Below, piece after piece: positions 38,326-49,492 of a stretch of 53,838 nt of DNA. The notes beneath the pieces are model-generated. The model ran no database searches. It worked only from the letters and a program-made list of their open reading frames with translations, and was not told the origin of the DNA. The position numbers were made by a program, and so were the translations under genes. Within the stretch, counting starts at the first letter, position 1, and each line of letters begins with the position of its first letter. The stretch is taken from assembly GCA_043800725.1 (NCBI GenBank), contig JAZDMR010000024.1, positions 1 through 53,838 on the forward strand. The letters are read 5' to 3'. Source of the stretch: a bacterium. GTDB lineage: Bacteria > Patescibacteriota > Patescibacteriia > HK-STAS-PATE-3.

Positions 38326-38467
38326 TAATGAATCCCTGACACCCAAGGCAAAGGGAGATCCTTCGCAGGCTCAGGAATAGCCTCGAATCCCTAACGCGAG
38401 TCATCGAGAGGAAGGGTCTCCCCCGGCACCCAGGTGGCAAGGGGAGATGTTCCGTCCGCCATTCAAC

Positions 38468-38488
38468 GCAGGCGAGCAAACGTTTGCT
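38468..38488. repeat. palindromic motif, copy 2
   Basis: GCAGGCGAGCAAACGTTTGCT; 38468-38485 is the exact reverse complement of 37444-37461. Confidence 0.7.
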
Positions 38489-38499
38489 AGACTCTTTGT

Positions 38500-38537
38500 A
38501 AATAAAAACCGGCTGACACTGTAATTGTGCCAACCGG
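38500..38537 (-). terminator. intrinsic terminator
   Basis: Minus strand CCGGTTGGCAC/GTGTCAGCCGG followed by TTTTTATTT. Confidence 0.65.
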
Positions 38538-38559
38538 CTGGCTCAAGGTGCGTGATAAT

Positions 38560-38772
38560 CTATCTTTTTAAGGGACAACCGAAACTGTCTCTCAGGGGAA
38601 GGCCCATACTGTCCGTTATTGGATGATTCGGAAACATCTTCTTGATGTACCTCCAGTGACAACGGGCTTTCCATCTCCAGTAGGTGATCATGGTTACGTA
38701 AGCGAATTGTCCTAGTAACCCTAGAATCCCTAGTGTCCATATAACAATCCACGCGACAGGATGTATTTCAAT
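38560..38772 (-). CDS. possible small membrane protein lacking a canonical start (frameshifted or ATT/ATA start)
   Basis: Open frame IEIHPVAWIVIWTLGILGLLGQFAYVTMITYWRWKAR..., a TM helix followed by basic residues, upstream of a terminator. Confidence 0.35.
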   Translation of the reverse strand: MEIHPVAWIVIWTLGILGLLGQFAYVTMITYWRWKARCHWRYIKKMFPNHPITDSMGLPLRDSFGCPLKR

Positions 38773-38798
38773 CCCTCCTCATTTAGGCTCTGGGCCAT

Positions 38799-39320
38799 TT
38801 ACCAATCCAAAGCATTGTCACTTGGTAAGTTCTCATAAAATATCTGAAGCATCTCCTGTCCTTCACTCCTGTTGTACTCCTCGCGTATCGTCAGATACGC
38901 TAGGGCCGAATCGGGCCGGTCAACCAGCGGATTATAGTTGTACGCTTTGGCTATCTGGCAGGCAAGCGCTAATCCCCTTTCCTTTAAATCACCTTCTGAT
39001 ATGAAGAGTTGAATTGCTTCGGGGTTATAGGAATACGCGTCTTCATCGCCTGGTAGAAATACCTGGACCGGTAAGTAGTGCTCGTTTGCGGGGTGCATAA
39101 CCGGAACAAACTTACCTGCATCGTTTTGTATCGTTAGAACTGCGCATTCACGATACCTAATCATGAGACTATACGCAGTCGTACTTTTCTGGGCTACATG
39201 CTCAAGTCCTTCTTCGTACGACGCGATAACCATCTCTTCCATGTCATGACTGTCAGCACAACCAGCCACAAAAAAGATGGCTGCTGCAATAAGCAACAAA
39301 ACCAATGACTTTGTTAACAT
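38799..39320 (-). CDS. hypothetical lipoprotein-like secreted protein
   Basis: MLTKSLVLLLIAAAIFFVAGC signal with lipobox; purine-rich SD before ATG 39320. Confidence 0.7.
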   Translation of the reverse strand: MLTKSLVLLLIAAAIFFVAGCADSHDMEEMVIASYEEGLEHVAQKSTTAYSLMIRYRECAVLTIQNDAGKFVPVMHPANEHYLPVQVFLPGDEDAYSYNPEAIQLFISEGDLKERGLALACQIAKAYNYNPLVDRPDSALAYLTIREEYNRSEGQEMLQIFYENLPSDNALDW

Positions 39321-39477
39321 ATCCTTTCCCCCTTCTATTCCTGTGAACACACCTTAATTTTTCAAAGGTCGCTTACCTATTTCTAAACATAAGAAGATAA
39401 CACTTTTATTAGTTGTTGTCAACGATAATAATTTTCTCCACTTTCACAATCCCAAAAAAGCCCTATAATACGATAAT

Positions 39478-40155
39478 ATGCTCAGATCACTCCATCGCTC
39501 TCTAACCAAAGAGGTATTAAAAGAATTTGGCTATTCCAAACACACCCAGAAGATTGTTGGGGAAACTGTGTGCTGGCCTGACTGGTACCGCTGGGAAGCT
39601 TGCGCCCCTCATGCAGAAACACCTCACCAAGAAAACGGCCAACCCCTCGACCCGGCCCAGGCCAGCTTGGAAACTGTAAAAGCGCTAAGAACTTACCTAA
39701 ATAGAATTGAAACGACCAATCCAAATGAACGCTTGGTTTGGCTGGGGTTTGCCTTGCACTTAGTGCAGGACATAGCCACCCATGAAGGCATGACTAATCC
39801 CGAACACTCGATGCGTGTGTTTTTAGTTTGGAGTAATCCTGATTATTCGCGCAAGTCTTACCAGGGCGGCTATCGTTACAGCCGGCGGTTTATGAAAGAA
39901 ATCGAGCAGCGCTTTGATCCTGACCTGTTGGCTGATTTAAAATCCGGTAAAGAGGCTCGTCTGCTAACTCAGCAGGAAAGAAAGCAACTCTTGGGCAAGC
40001 CGGACATAACCATAGTATTCCTGTTGGATTTTATTAGAACGGCTTTTATATATTTGAAACTTAAGAATCCAAAAAAACGCGTTCGTTGGGATGTGGATAA
40101 TGTTTTACGTTTGGGATTACAAAAAACCGATCAAGACTTAGGCGAGTCCGGCTAA
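39478..40155 (+). CDS. putative zinc-dependent phospholipase C / P1 nuclease superfamily protein
   Basis: N-terminal His, WPD, PHA, LGFALHLVQD..TH metal-ligand pattern. Confidence 0.6.
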   Translation: MLRSLHRSLTKEVLKEFGYSKHTQKIVGETVCWPDWYRWEACAPHAETPHQENGQPLDPAQASLETVKALRTYLNRIETTNPNERLVWLGFALHLVQDIATHEGMTNPEHSMRVFLVWSNPDYSRKSYQGGYRYSRRFMKEIEQRFDPDLLADLKSGKEARLLTQQERKQLLGKPDITIVFLLDFIRTAFIYLKLKNPKKRVRWDVDNVLRLGLQKTDQDLGESG

Positions 40156-40159
40156 TAGT

Positions 40160-40813
40160 CTATTGGGATTGTTTCAAAACCGCTTTCTTTTCCCAGTAAG
40201 CTCGGATATTCCGATCGCAAAAAACAAACAGGGCATAGGCAATTACCATTCCGCCAATCACGTCCGCAGTATAATGGGCTCGGGTAACCAGCATGCCGAT
40301 CGAGAAAATTATCAAAACAATAAAAAACCATAAACGCATTTTTTGAGTGGGCAAAAATAACACCATAATAGTGGTCAGACCCACATGTCCGCTGGGAAAG
40401 TAAGCATAGGGCGGATATAAATGAAACCGATCTTCAAACAGAGGCGCATCAATGGGGTGGCCAATGGGCATGAATAATAAAAATATCGGGCGGATGATAT
40501 AAAACAGCCCAATAACGAAAATTATGTAATTGAAATCAACCTGCTTATTGCGCCAGAGTAAAAAAAATAAAATTGCTAAAAAAACCCAGAATATCATTTC
40601 CCCTATAAAATACAGATCATAATAGGGCAGCCGATCCAATATCAGGTCATTGATACTGGGAAGATTCCCCCAATGCGTGCTGGTAAAGCCCGCCACTACC
40701 ACGGACAAAATAATGCCGATCGCCCAGGTCCCGGCGCTTATCAGCCAACGGGTAATGGAAAAGCTAAATTTCTTAGGTTGGTTAATTTGATTTTCTTGAG
40801 TAGAGTTTCTCAT
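40160..40813 (-). CDS. PAP2 family (sphingomyelin synthase/Aur1-like) integral membrane phosphatase or phosphotransferase
   Basis: YFPSGH and RAHYTADV motifs, about six TM helices; start uncertain (40813-40828). Confidence 0.85.
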   Translation of the reverse strand: MRNSTQENQINQPKKFSFSITRWLISAGTWAIGIILSVVVAGFTSTHWGNLPSINDLILDRLPYYDLYFIGEMIFWVFLAILFFLLWRNKQVDFNYIIFVIGLFYIIRPIFLLFMPIGHPIDAPLFEDRFHLYPPYAYFPSGHVGLTTIMVLFLPTQKMRLWFFIVLIIFSIGMLVTRAHYTADVIGGMVIAYALFVFCDRNIRAYWEKKAVLKQSQ

Positions 40814-40838
40814 GTATATTCTCATCACCAGTCGGAAC

Positions 40839-40968
40839 TGTACTATATTAGTATACTAAAAAACTCCGAGTATGTCTTATAAGGGCCAGGATAAATTGGA
40901 TAATTTCTCTTTTTTTTCGTACGCTGTTATTGAGTCAAGTTAATCAATACTTCAACGTCGGGGGGTAG
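40839..40968 (+). repeat. imperfect direct repeat copy 1 (tRNA-Pro upstream region plus tRNA 5' end)
   Basis: Shares TTAGTATACTAAAA, AAATTGGA, TTTTTTCGTACGCTGTT and CAAC.TCGGGG.GTAG with 42439-42557. Confidence 0.8.
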
Positions 40969-41063
40969 GAATAACAAATTCCCGCCCTGCTCTCTCTTTT
41001 CCGCAGCCACTGAATTTCGTGCCAACGAAGTTGATGCTCCGTATTCAGTTTTTTAATCTACTC

Positions 41064-42410
41064 CTACGATTCTAACAATCTTCGTATTGTCTTTGGCCAA
41101 TCAGTTAATGGTTTATCGGTTAAAAGGGCGGTTGCTTCTTGCGTTGAGTACTTACCTTTATTTACCAATTCCGAATACGAACTAACCGCACTTTCAACAG
41201 TCATTCTGTATTCCTGCACCAGCATTCTTTGCGCAGTTTCTTGATAAAAAGGATCATCCTTAAATTCTTCCCAATATCGCAGATGGCCAAGAAAATCATA
41301 TGATACTAGATCGCCACCAAAGAATATTTCTTTGAGTTGTTTTTGTAAAGTTGGTAAATCCCTGTCGTACAAAGAGGCGGTAAACTCATCCTTTACTTGT
41401 TCAAGTGCTGCTGCTCTGCTGGCACTAAAAAAATCCTCAAGAATTACTTTCCTAATTTCGGGGTCTTGCTCTCCTTCATAACCCACGAGTTCTGTTGGGG
41501 CATCTTTATGCTCAAAAACTGCTTGAAAAAGAGTATTCTTTTGGTGCTCGTATTCATGTCCTCGCAACATTTGCCCGCTGAGATCGCCAAATCGTCCTGT
41601 ACTTCCCCGCTTATCCGTGTTGACCACAGTAAAATAAACGGGATTCTCACCAATAGATTGTGAGGCGAAAGCAGTATAATTAAATCTGATTATTGGTATA
41701 TCTGCTCCTTCGGATAATCTTTTCGAAAAAATATTACCGGTCTCAATATCTATAGTCATTGGGCCAACCGAAACATCAATCTCTTCGTCTCTTTTAATCT
41801 TTATTCCGGTTAGCTTATTTACAAGCTCGTGGTCATCTGTAAATTGCTGTCTAATTTCTAAAGCTTTCTGGCGATTTTCATAATATCCGTCTATAAGTTG
41901 CTCGGTAATTTGTTTTTGTCTATCGTCAAAACCATATTGTGAGCTAAATTGTTCAACCAACCCGATCAGCTTTTCTCTTGGAATATCGTGATTAAACTCT
42001 ATTGTTCTCTCAATAAAAACACGACAGGCCGCCAATGCCTTACGTTGTCGCATTAAATTCTCCTTGAAAGTTGCGATAGACTCTCTCCTCTGCTCTTTCG
42101 GTAAACTTTTTATTTTAGCCAGCTCATCTTCTGGGGAAAACACTCCTTCTATCGGTGGATTGTCCTGCAACTGTTCTTGAAAGTCAAAAGATATAAGTTG
42201 GTCAAAATCTTCTTGGTTAAGCTGTCCGAAATATTCTTTTATTTTAAAACGTTTATATTTAAGGTAGGAGAATACTTTTTCTTTTGCTTTTTCAAAAACT
42301 CCTTTCATTTTAGAAGGCGTTGGGATATCTTTGTCTTGCTCATCCGCTGAGCTCGAAAACTCAGGCTGGTTTTCTGGATTGAATTTTGATGGAGATTCAA
42401 AATCTCTCAT
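41064..42410 (-). CDS. hypothetical protein with HExxH motif
   Basis: 448-aa AT-rich ORF; HEYEH with downstream DE suggests a zincin-like site. Confidence 0.7.
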   Translation of the reverse strand: MRDFESPSKFNPENQPEFSSSADEQDKDIPTPSKMKGVFEKAKEKVFSYLKYKRFKIKEYFGQLNQEDFDQLISFDFQEQLQDNPPIEGVFSPEDELAKIKSLPKEQRRESIATFKENLMRQRKALAACRVFIERTIEFNHDIPREKLIGLVEQFSSQYGFDDRQKQITEQLIDGYYENRQKALEIRQQFTDDHELVNKLTGIKIKRDEEIDVSVGPMTIDIETGNIFSKRLSEGADIPIIRFNYTAFASQSIGENPVYFTVVNTDKRGSTGRFGDLSGQMLRGHEYEHQKNTLFQAVFEHKDAPTELVGYEGEQDPEIRKVILEDFFSASRAAALEQVKDEFTASLYDRDLPTLQKQLKEIFFGGDLVSYDFLGHLRYWEEFKDDPFYQETAQRMLVQEYRMTVESAVSSYSELVNKGKYSTQEATALLTDKPLTDWPKTIRRLLES

Positions 42411-42438
42411 AGCTATATTCGCTTAAGTCCCCCATAAA

Positions 42439-42557
42439 TGTACATTTAGTATACTAAAATAACCCGGGGGTGTCTCCGGTTGCAATAAAATTGGACAAAT
42501 CCCTTCTTTTTTCGTACGCTGTTGTTGGGTAAAGAAATATGCAACATCGGGGTGTAG
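42439..42557 (+). repeat. imperfect direct repeat copy 2, containing the tRNA-Pro promoter region and first 10 nt
   Basis: Matches 40839-40968. Confidence 0.8.
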
Positions 42558-42624
42558 CGCAGTTGGCTAGCGCGTACGCATGGGGTGCGTGAGGTCGCGG
42601 GTTCGAGTCCCGCCACCCCGACCA
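42548..42624 (+). tRNA. tRNA-Pro(GGG)
   Basis: CGGGGTG/CACCCCG acceptor stem, anticodon arm TACGC-ATGGGGT-GCGTG, GGTTCGAG T-loop, encoded CCA. Confidence 0.96.
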
Positions 42625-42837
42625 TAACAAAACGGTTACGCAGGAATGCGACGACAGCACTCTTTGGGGTCCGGAGCTTTTTAGTGTTCTAGCCAAGCCA
42701 AGAATCTAGACAACAGCCCAATCAGGCTTCTCAAGTCTCCACGGGTCTGAGCCCCAGGATTCCTTCGAAGACTTATTTAGTAATATTAAAATTCTATTCA
42801 ACTCATGAGCGGAACCAACGATATGTCCCGACAGCTA

Positions 42838-43440
42838 TTACTCAAACATAGTCTGTTCGTCCGTACGCTTGTAGTCGTGAATTTCAGCCTCGTGAAACCA
42901 CAATTGTGCTTCGTAGATAGCCTCTTCCTCATTACCTGATGCATGGATGATGTTTCTGACCGTTCGTTTTCTTTGATTGGCTAAAGCTGGTGAATCAATC
43001 GAATAATCCCCGCGAATCGTTCCTGGTTCCGCAAAAACGGGCAAAGTATGCCCCGCCATCATCCGGACATTGTCAATCGCATGATTTCCTTCCATCAGAA
43101 TCGCTACCACCGGACCGGAAGTTAAAAAATCCATGTTCCAGTTATTTACCATTTTGCCAATCTCCAAAGGCTCCATGGTTCCCAATTCTTCATTGGGGTC
43201 CATACCGTATTTCTTGTAGGCATCAAGGGTCTTGTTGCCAATACCGATTAAAAGCTCTGTCCGGTCATCCGGATAATGTTTTGCAGCCATGTCTTTATCT
43301 ATCCAAACCATTTTCATGGCAATGATTTTTAAACCGACTTTTTCAAACCGCTGGGTCACTTCGCCGACCAATCCCCTTTTTACTCCGTCCGGCTTAATTA
43401 ATACGACAGTTCGCTCTTTGTGAAATTCTTTTTTTGCCAT
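42838..43440 (-). CDS. ndk: nucleoside diphosphate kinase
   Basis: ERT.VLIKPDGV, PGTIRGDY, RNIIHAS. Confidence 0.96.
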   Translation of the reverse strand: MAKKEFHKERTVVLIKPDGVKRGLVGEVTQRFEKVGLKIIAMKMVWIDKDMAAKHYPDDRTELLIGIGNKTLDAYKKYGMDPNEELGTMEPLEIGKMVNNWNMDFLTSGPVVAILMEGNHAIDNVRMMAGHTLPVFAEPGTIRGDYSIDSPALANQRKRTVRNIIHASGNEEEAIYEAQLWFHEAEIHDYKRTDEQTMFE

Positions 43441-43444
43441 ATTG

Positions 43445-43825
43445 TTACTTTCCTAAAATTGATTTTACTTTATCAACGATTTCGGAAGGGCTATGATTAG
43501 ATTTGACATAATAGTCTGTCGCGCCCATCTCTTTGCCTTTTTTTACATCGTCGTCTTGGCCCAAGTTGGTTAATAATACTGTAGGAATATTTTTACAGCT
43601 ATTGTCAGCTTTTAGCTCTTTCAAGACGGCAAAGCCATCCATCTTGGGCATAATCACGTCCAGTAGGATTATATCCGGCTTCACCTCTTTGGCTATGCGA
43701 AGTCCATCCGCGCCATTATTCGCTTTCTCAACTTTATACCCCTCCATGGTAAATTTTGTGGCATACATTTCTGCCAGCATTTTTTCATCTTCTACGATAA
43801 GAACGGTTCCTTTTGAGTCGGGCAT
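43445..43825 (-). CDS. single-domain response regulator
   Basis: VLIVEDE, LLDVIMPKMDG, LTN, YVKS. Confidence 0.95.
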   Translation of the reverse strand: MPDSKGTVLIVEDEKMLAEMYATKFTMEGYKVEKANNGADGLRIAKEVKPDIILLDVIMPKMDGFAVLKELKADNSCKNIPTVLLTNLGQDDDVKKGKEMGATDYYVKSNHSPSEIVDKVKSILGK

Positions 43826-43889
43826 ATGTTTATTGGCTAATTCAGGCCTTAGTTTAACATAATTTTTATATCTTGCAAGGGGTATTTAC

Positions 43890-45365
43890 CTACTTAACTG
43901 CTGTCATATCAGGATATTGCTCAGTCCAATCCGTTTCCTGCTCATATTGATAAGCCAGGCTAAAAATATCACTTTCTGAAAATGGCTGGCCAATTATCTG
44001 AAGTCCGACCGGTAAGCTATCCACAAAGCCACAAGGAATTGAAACAGCGGGTAGGCCCGCAAGATTTACTGCACAAAGATTTATATCGGATAAATACATT
44101 AGCAAGGGATCCTGTACTTCGTTAATATGAAATGCGACGTTGGGGGAAGTTGGGGTAAGGAGCAAGTCCACTCTACTAAAAGCATTTGAAAAATCCTGGA
44201 TTAATAAAGTACGAACACGCTGTGCCTGTAGATAATATTTATCAGCATAACCGCGCGATAGGGCAAAGGTGCCGAGCATGATTCGACGCTTTGATTCAGG
44301 GCCAAAGCCCTCATCTCGAGAACGCTCAAAAACTTCACTCAGGGAATTAACTTCGCCTTGTTTAAGTACTGAATGACCATATCTGATACCATCGTATCTG
44401 GCTAAATTTGATGATACCTCCGAGGGATTAATCAGATAGTATGTTGGCAGGGCCGCTTCAGCATGAGGCAAGGAAATCTCTACTACTTCATGGCCCAGCC
44501 CTCTGATAGTCTGAATGGCGTTTTCAACAGTCTTGGCCACGTCGCTGTTCATTCCTTTTTGAAAATACTCTTTAACAACTCCAATTTTTAACTTCCGTCT
44601 GTTCTTCTTGCTTGCTCCAGGATAATCAGGGACTGGCTCCTCAATTGAAGTCGCGTCCCCAGAATCTGCTCCGGCAATAACTTGTAATAGCAGCGCGGCA
44701 TCCAATACTGTCTTTCCAAATACTCCGATGGTGTCGGCTGATGAAGTTGAGGCGATTAATCCCCTCCGGCTAACTCGGCCATAAGTAGGCTTGACTCCCA
44801 CCAGGCTAGTAAAAGCCGCCGGGAGCCTGACAGAGCTTCCTGTGTCCGTACCCAGGGACCCAAGCGCCAAGCCGGCTGCCACTGCCGCAGCTGACCCCGA
44901 AGAGGACCCTCCGGGTACTCGGGAGGTATCCCAAGGATTCCGAGTTGCTCCGTATGCTGAATTTTCTCCGGATGAGCCTAGCCCGAATTCATCACAGTTT
45001 GTTTTTCCGATAATTACGGCTCCGGCTTTTTTAAGTTTTGTAATTACCGTAGCATCATAGCTTGGTTGATAATTCTCAAGCATCTTCGATCCAGCAGTGG
45101 TTTTGGAATCTTTGGTTACAATTATATCTTTTATAGCGATTGGTATTCCCGCAAGTGCTGACAAAGACTTGCCTGCTTTTCTATCCGTATCAATGGATTT
45201 AGCTTGCTTAATCGCCGATTGTGACTCTACAGAAATGTAAGCGTTCAAGGAAGGATTAAACTGATTAATTCGATCCAAATACGCCTCTGTTAATTCTTCA
45301 GAAGACACTTCTCCATCGCACATTGCTTGACTGGCTTGTGAGATTGTCAGCTTTAAGAGGTCCAT
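43890..45365 (-). CDS. gatA: Asp/Glu-tRNA amidotransferase subunit A
   Basis: KD, PGGSSSGSAA, GTDTGSSVR, SNLARYDGIRYG. Confidence 0.95.
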   Translation of the reverse strand: MDLLKLTISQASQAMCDGEVSSEELTEAYLDRINQFNPSLNAYISVESQSAIKQAKSIDTDRKAGKSLSALAGIPIAIKDIIVTKDSKTTAGSKMLENYQPSYDATVITKLKKAGAVIIGKTNCDEFGLGSSGENSAYGATRNPWDTSRVPGGSSSGSAAAVAAGLALGSLGTDTGSSVRLPAAFTSLVGVKPTYGRVSRRGLIASTSSADTIGVFGKTVLDAALLLQVIAGADSGDATSIEEPVPDYPGASKKNRRKLKIGVVKEYFQKGMNSDVAKTVENAIQTIRGLGHEVVEISLPHAEAALPTYYLINPSEVSSNLARYDGIRYGHSVLKQGEVNSLSEVFERSRDEGFGPESKRRIMLGTFALSRGYADKYYLQAQRVRTLLIQDFSNAFSRVDLLLTPTSPNVAFHINEVQDPLLMYLSDINLCAVNLAGLPAVSIPCGFVDSLPVGLQIIGQPFSESDIFSLAYQYEQETDWTEQYPDMTAVK

Positions 45366-45643
45366 AAAGTTCTTACTGAGGGTATCTGATAATTCTTTGT
45401 CTGTTTATTTTGCTTGATGATCAATTTACTGTCCTGGCTGGCCACCTGATCAGACCGAGTAATATTTTCGCTGCCCAAAACATGGTCAGTAGGCGGCGTT
45501 GAATCAGTATCAATTTTTTTCAGCTTGTCCATGTATTTTAAAATGTCACCAAACTCCGCCTCAAGCTCTTTGCTCTCCTGCTTGGTTAAGCCTAAGCGGG
45601 CTAATTGGGATATTTTCTCGATATTAAACTTCTGATCAGTCAT
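45353..45643 (-). CDS. gatC: Asp/Glu-tRNA amidotransferase subunit C
   Basis: LARL, ILKYMDKL, directly upstream of gatA. Confidence 0.88.
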   Translation of the reverse strand: MTDQKFNIEKISQLARLGLTKQESKELEAEFGDILKYMDKLKKIDTDSTPPTDHVLGSENITRSDQVASQDSKLIIKQNKQTKNYQIPSVRTLWTS

Positions 45644-45672
45644 GTATTTTTATCTTAACATAGAGAAGTAAT

Positions 45673-47724
<2,052 letters not shown>

Positions 47725-47730
47725 TTAGGT

Positions 47731-48603
47731 ATGAAACTCTTTATTAAATCGATATTTATCCTGATAGTAATACTTAGTTTGGGCATTTTGGCTTATCTAG
47801 GTTTTTCTTTTTTCAGATTATTTGGAGACCCGACTGCCTCCGACGACTTAAGCGTAAACATTAATCAGGTCGATGGTTTCCAATTTATTGTAATGGGTGA
47901 TAATGAGGGCGATACGGCGGTTTTCCAAGAATTGGTTGACCAAGCGTCTGATATTCCAGCGGCCTTATTTATGCATTTAGGGGATCTCACCCCCAATGCC
48001 CAGGAGGCTGATTTTGCCAATGTCCAGGCTAGGCTTAAAACATTACCTTATCCTTATTATACCGCAGTTGGCAATAACGATATATATAAAGATCCGGACA
48101 AGTTAAAATACCAAAAATACTTTTCTCAATCGCAGTTAGGCCTTGGAATGGGCGAAAATGCCTATTATAGCTTTGATTACAAAAACGCCCACTTCATCGT
48201 GCTGGATAATTCCGACCGCCGAGTCGGTTTTGGAGACGAGCAGCTAAACTGGCTGGAATCTGATTTGTCGAATAATGATTCTCAGTGGACTTTTCTAATA
48301 GCTCATCGCCCGATAGATGTGCCTTTTTCCGACGTTTTTGGAGATGATGAAACTCCCGCCTCCAGAGAATCAAACGAGCGTTTCACTTCTATTATAAAAA
48401 AATACCCAATTACCAGGATGTACGTGGGGCATATCCATACTCTTTTTTCCTATTCCATCGGAGAAATACCCGTAACAATATCCGGAGGCGGAGGAGCGGC
48501 GCCCCAAGAAGCTTTGGAAGATTTTTTAGGACCGCAGTTTCACTTCCTGGAAGTGACTGTAACAGACTCCCAGGTGACCCAAACGGTTCACCGCTTGGAA
48601 TAG
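47731..48603 (+). CDS. membrane-anchored calcineurin-like metallophosphoesterase
   Basis: MGD, HLGD, GNND, H, GHIH, SGGGG; N-terminal TM; start 47713 or 47731. Confidence 0.9.
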   Translation: MKLFIKSIFILIVILSLGILAYLGFSFFRLFGDPTASDDLSVNINQVDGFQFIVMGDNEGDTAVFQELVDQASDIPAALFMHLGDLTPNAQEADFANVQARLKTLPYPYYTAVGNNDIYKDPDKLKYQKYFSQSQLGLGMGENAYYSFDYKNAHFIVLDNSDRRVGFGDEQLNWLESDLSNNDSQWTFLIAHRPIDVPFSDVFGDDETPASRESNERFTSIIKKYPITRMYVGHIHTLFSYSIGEIPVTISGGGGAAPQEALEDFLGPQFHFLEVTVTDSQVTQTVHRLE

Positions 48604-48607
48604 CCTG

Positions 48608-49492
48608 TTAGGTGCGCTTATCCAGGGTTTGTTCGCTGAATAATACATAGTCAAATATGCCTGAAGCCGGAGCCTGCCAAGGCACGGAAGCGGATAAGCC
48701 TATTTGATTCGAGCCCAGTTTGCCCGTAGAACGGATTAATATCCGATTAGGAATCGGCCTGGTGCAGCTGTATGCTGGAGCACAATCACCTGGATTAGTA
48801 TTACTAAAAGCAGTGATCCTGACATTTTTCAAATCATCAAATAAGGCTTTTACTCTGAGGCGATAGTTTTTGGATATATTTAGATCATTAAAAATCGCGG
48901 GAGCGTTTGGCTTGGTTTCAGTTACCGAGCGAAGCCTTTTGGCTACCTTATTATCTTCCCATTCTAACCCCATACCAGGTACAATCGTCCAGGGAAAATA
49001 GCTTATTTCCAGCCAGGCCGTATCGGTTTGCGGATTAGCATCAAGCGCTTCCACGCCAAAACTGGCAAAACCACCATTCATATTATAAGGATCTGACGGA
49101 TCGTATAAATCCATCACCAGAGTTTTATTCTTTTTTAACAGGGTGATAGCATACTCTTCATTTGTGTCGCTGTTTCCGGTGCTCCAGCTTGTATCATTTT
49201 CAAGAGCAATATTATTTTGGTCTTTAATGTCATTAATAATACTATCTAATAGGTCACCGTCGCGGCGAGCCTGTTTTACCATGAATAAGCTTTTTTCTAT
49301 GCCCGTTTCAGCCGCGTAAAAAGCCAGCTGAGACCGGTCAACATCAGAGGACTGTTTTACCTCCTTGATAATAAGAGCTGCCATGCTGACAGCCACTGCC
49401 GTAGTGGCGCTCAATACCAATAGCGCCAAAAGCATGACGACTCCTTTGGGAGCTTGATTATCCGATTGTTTTTGTGGTTTAAAATATTTCAT
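48608..49492 (-). CDS. PilX-like minor pilin
   Basis: G-VVMLLAL hydrophobic helix, AFYAAETGIE, C-terminal IRSTG. Confidence 0.8.
   Translation of the reverse strand: MKYFKPQKQSDNQAPKGVVMLLALLVLSATTAVAVSMAALIIKEVKQSSDVDRSQLAFYAAETGIEKSLFMVKQARRDGDLLDSIINDIKDQNNIALENDTSWSTGNSDTNEEYAITLLKKNKTLVMDLYDPSDPYNMNGGFASFGVEALDANPQTDTAWLEISYFPWTIVPGMGLEWEDNKVAKRLRSVTETKPNAPAIFNDLNISKNYRLRVKALFDDLKNVRITAFSNTNPGDCAPAYSCTRPIPNRILIRSTGKLGSNQIGLSASVPWQAPASGIFDYVLFSEQTLDKRT

Noticed and set aside
38543-38752. 69-aa ORF MDCYMD... from the ORF track
   Set aside because: An overlapping frame (38560-38772) looks more protein-like; neither is confirmed
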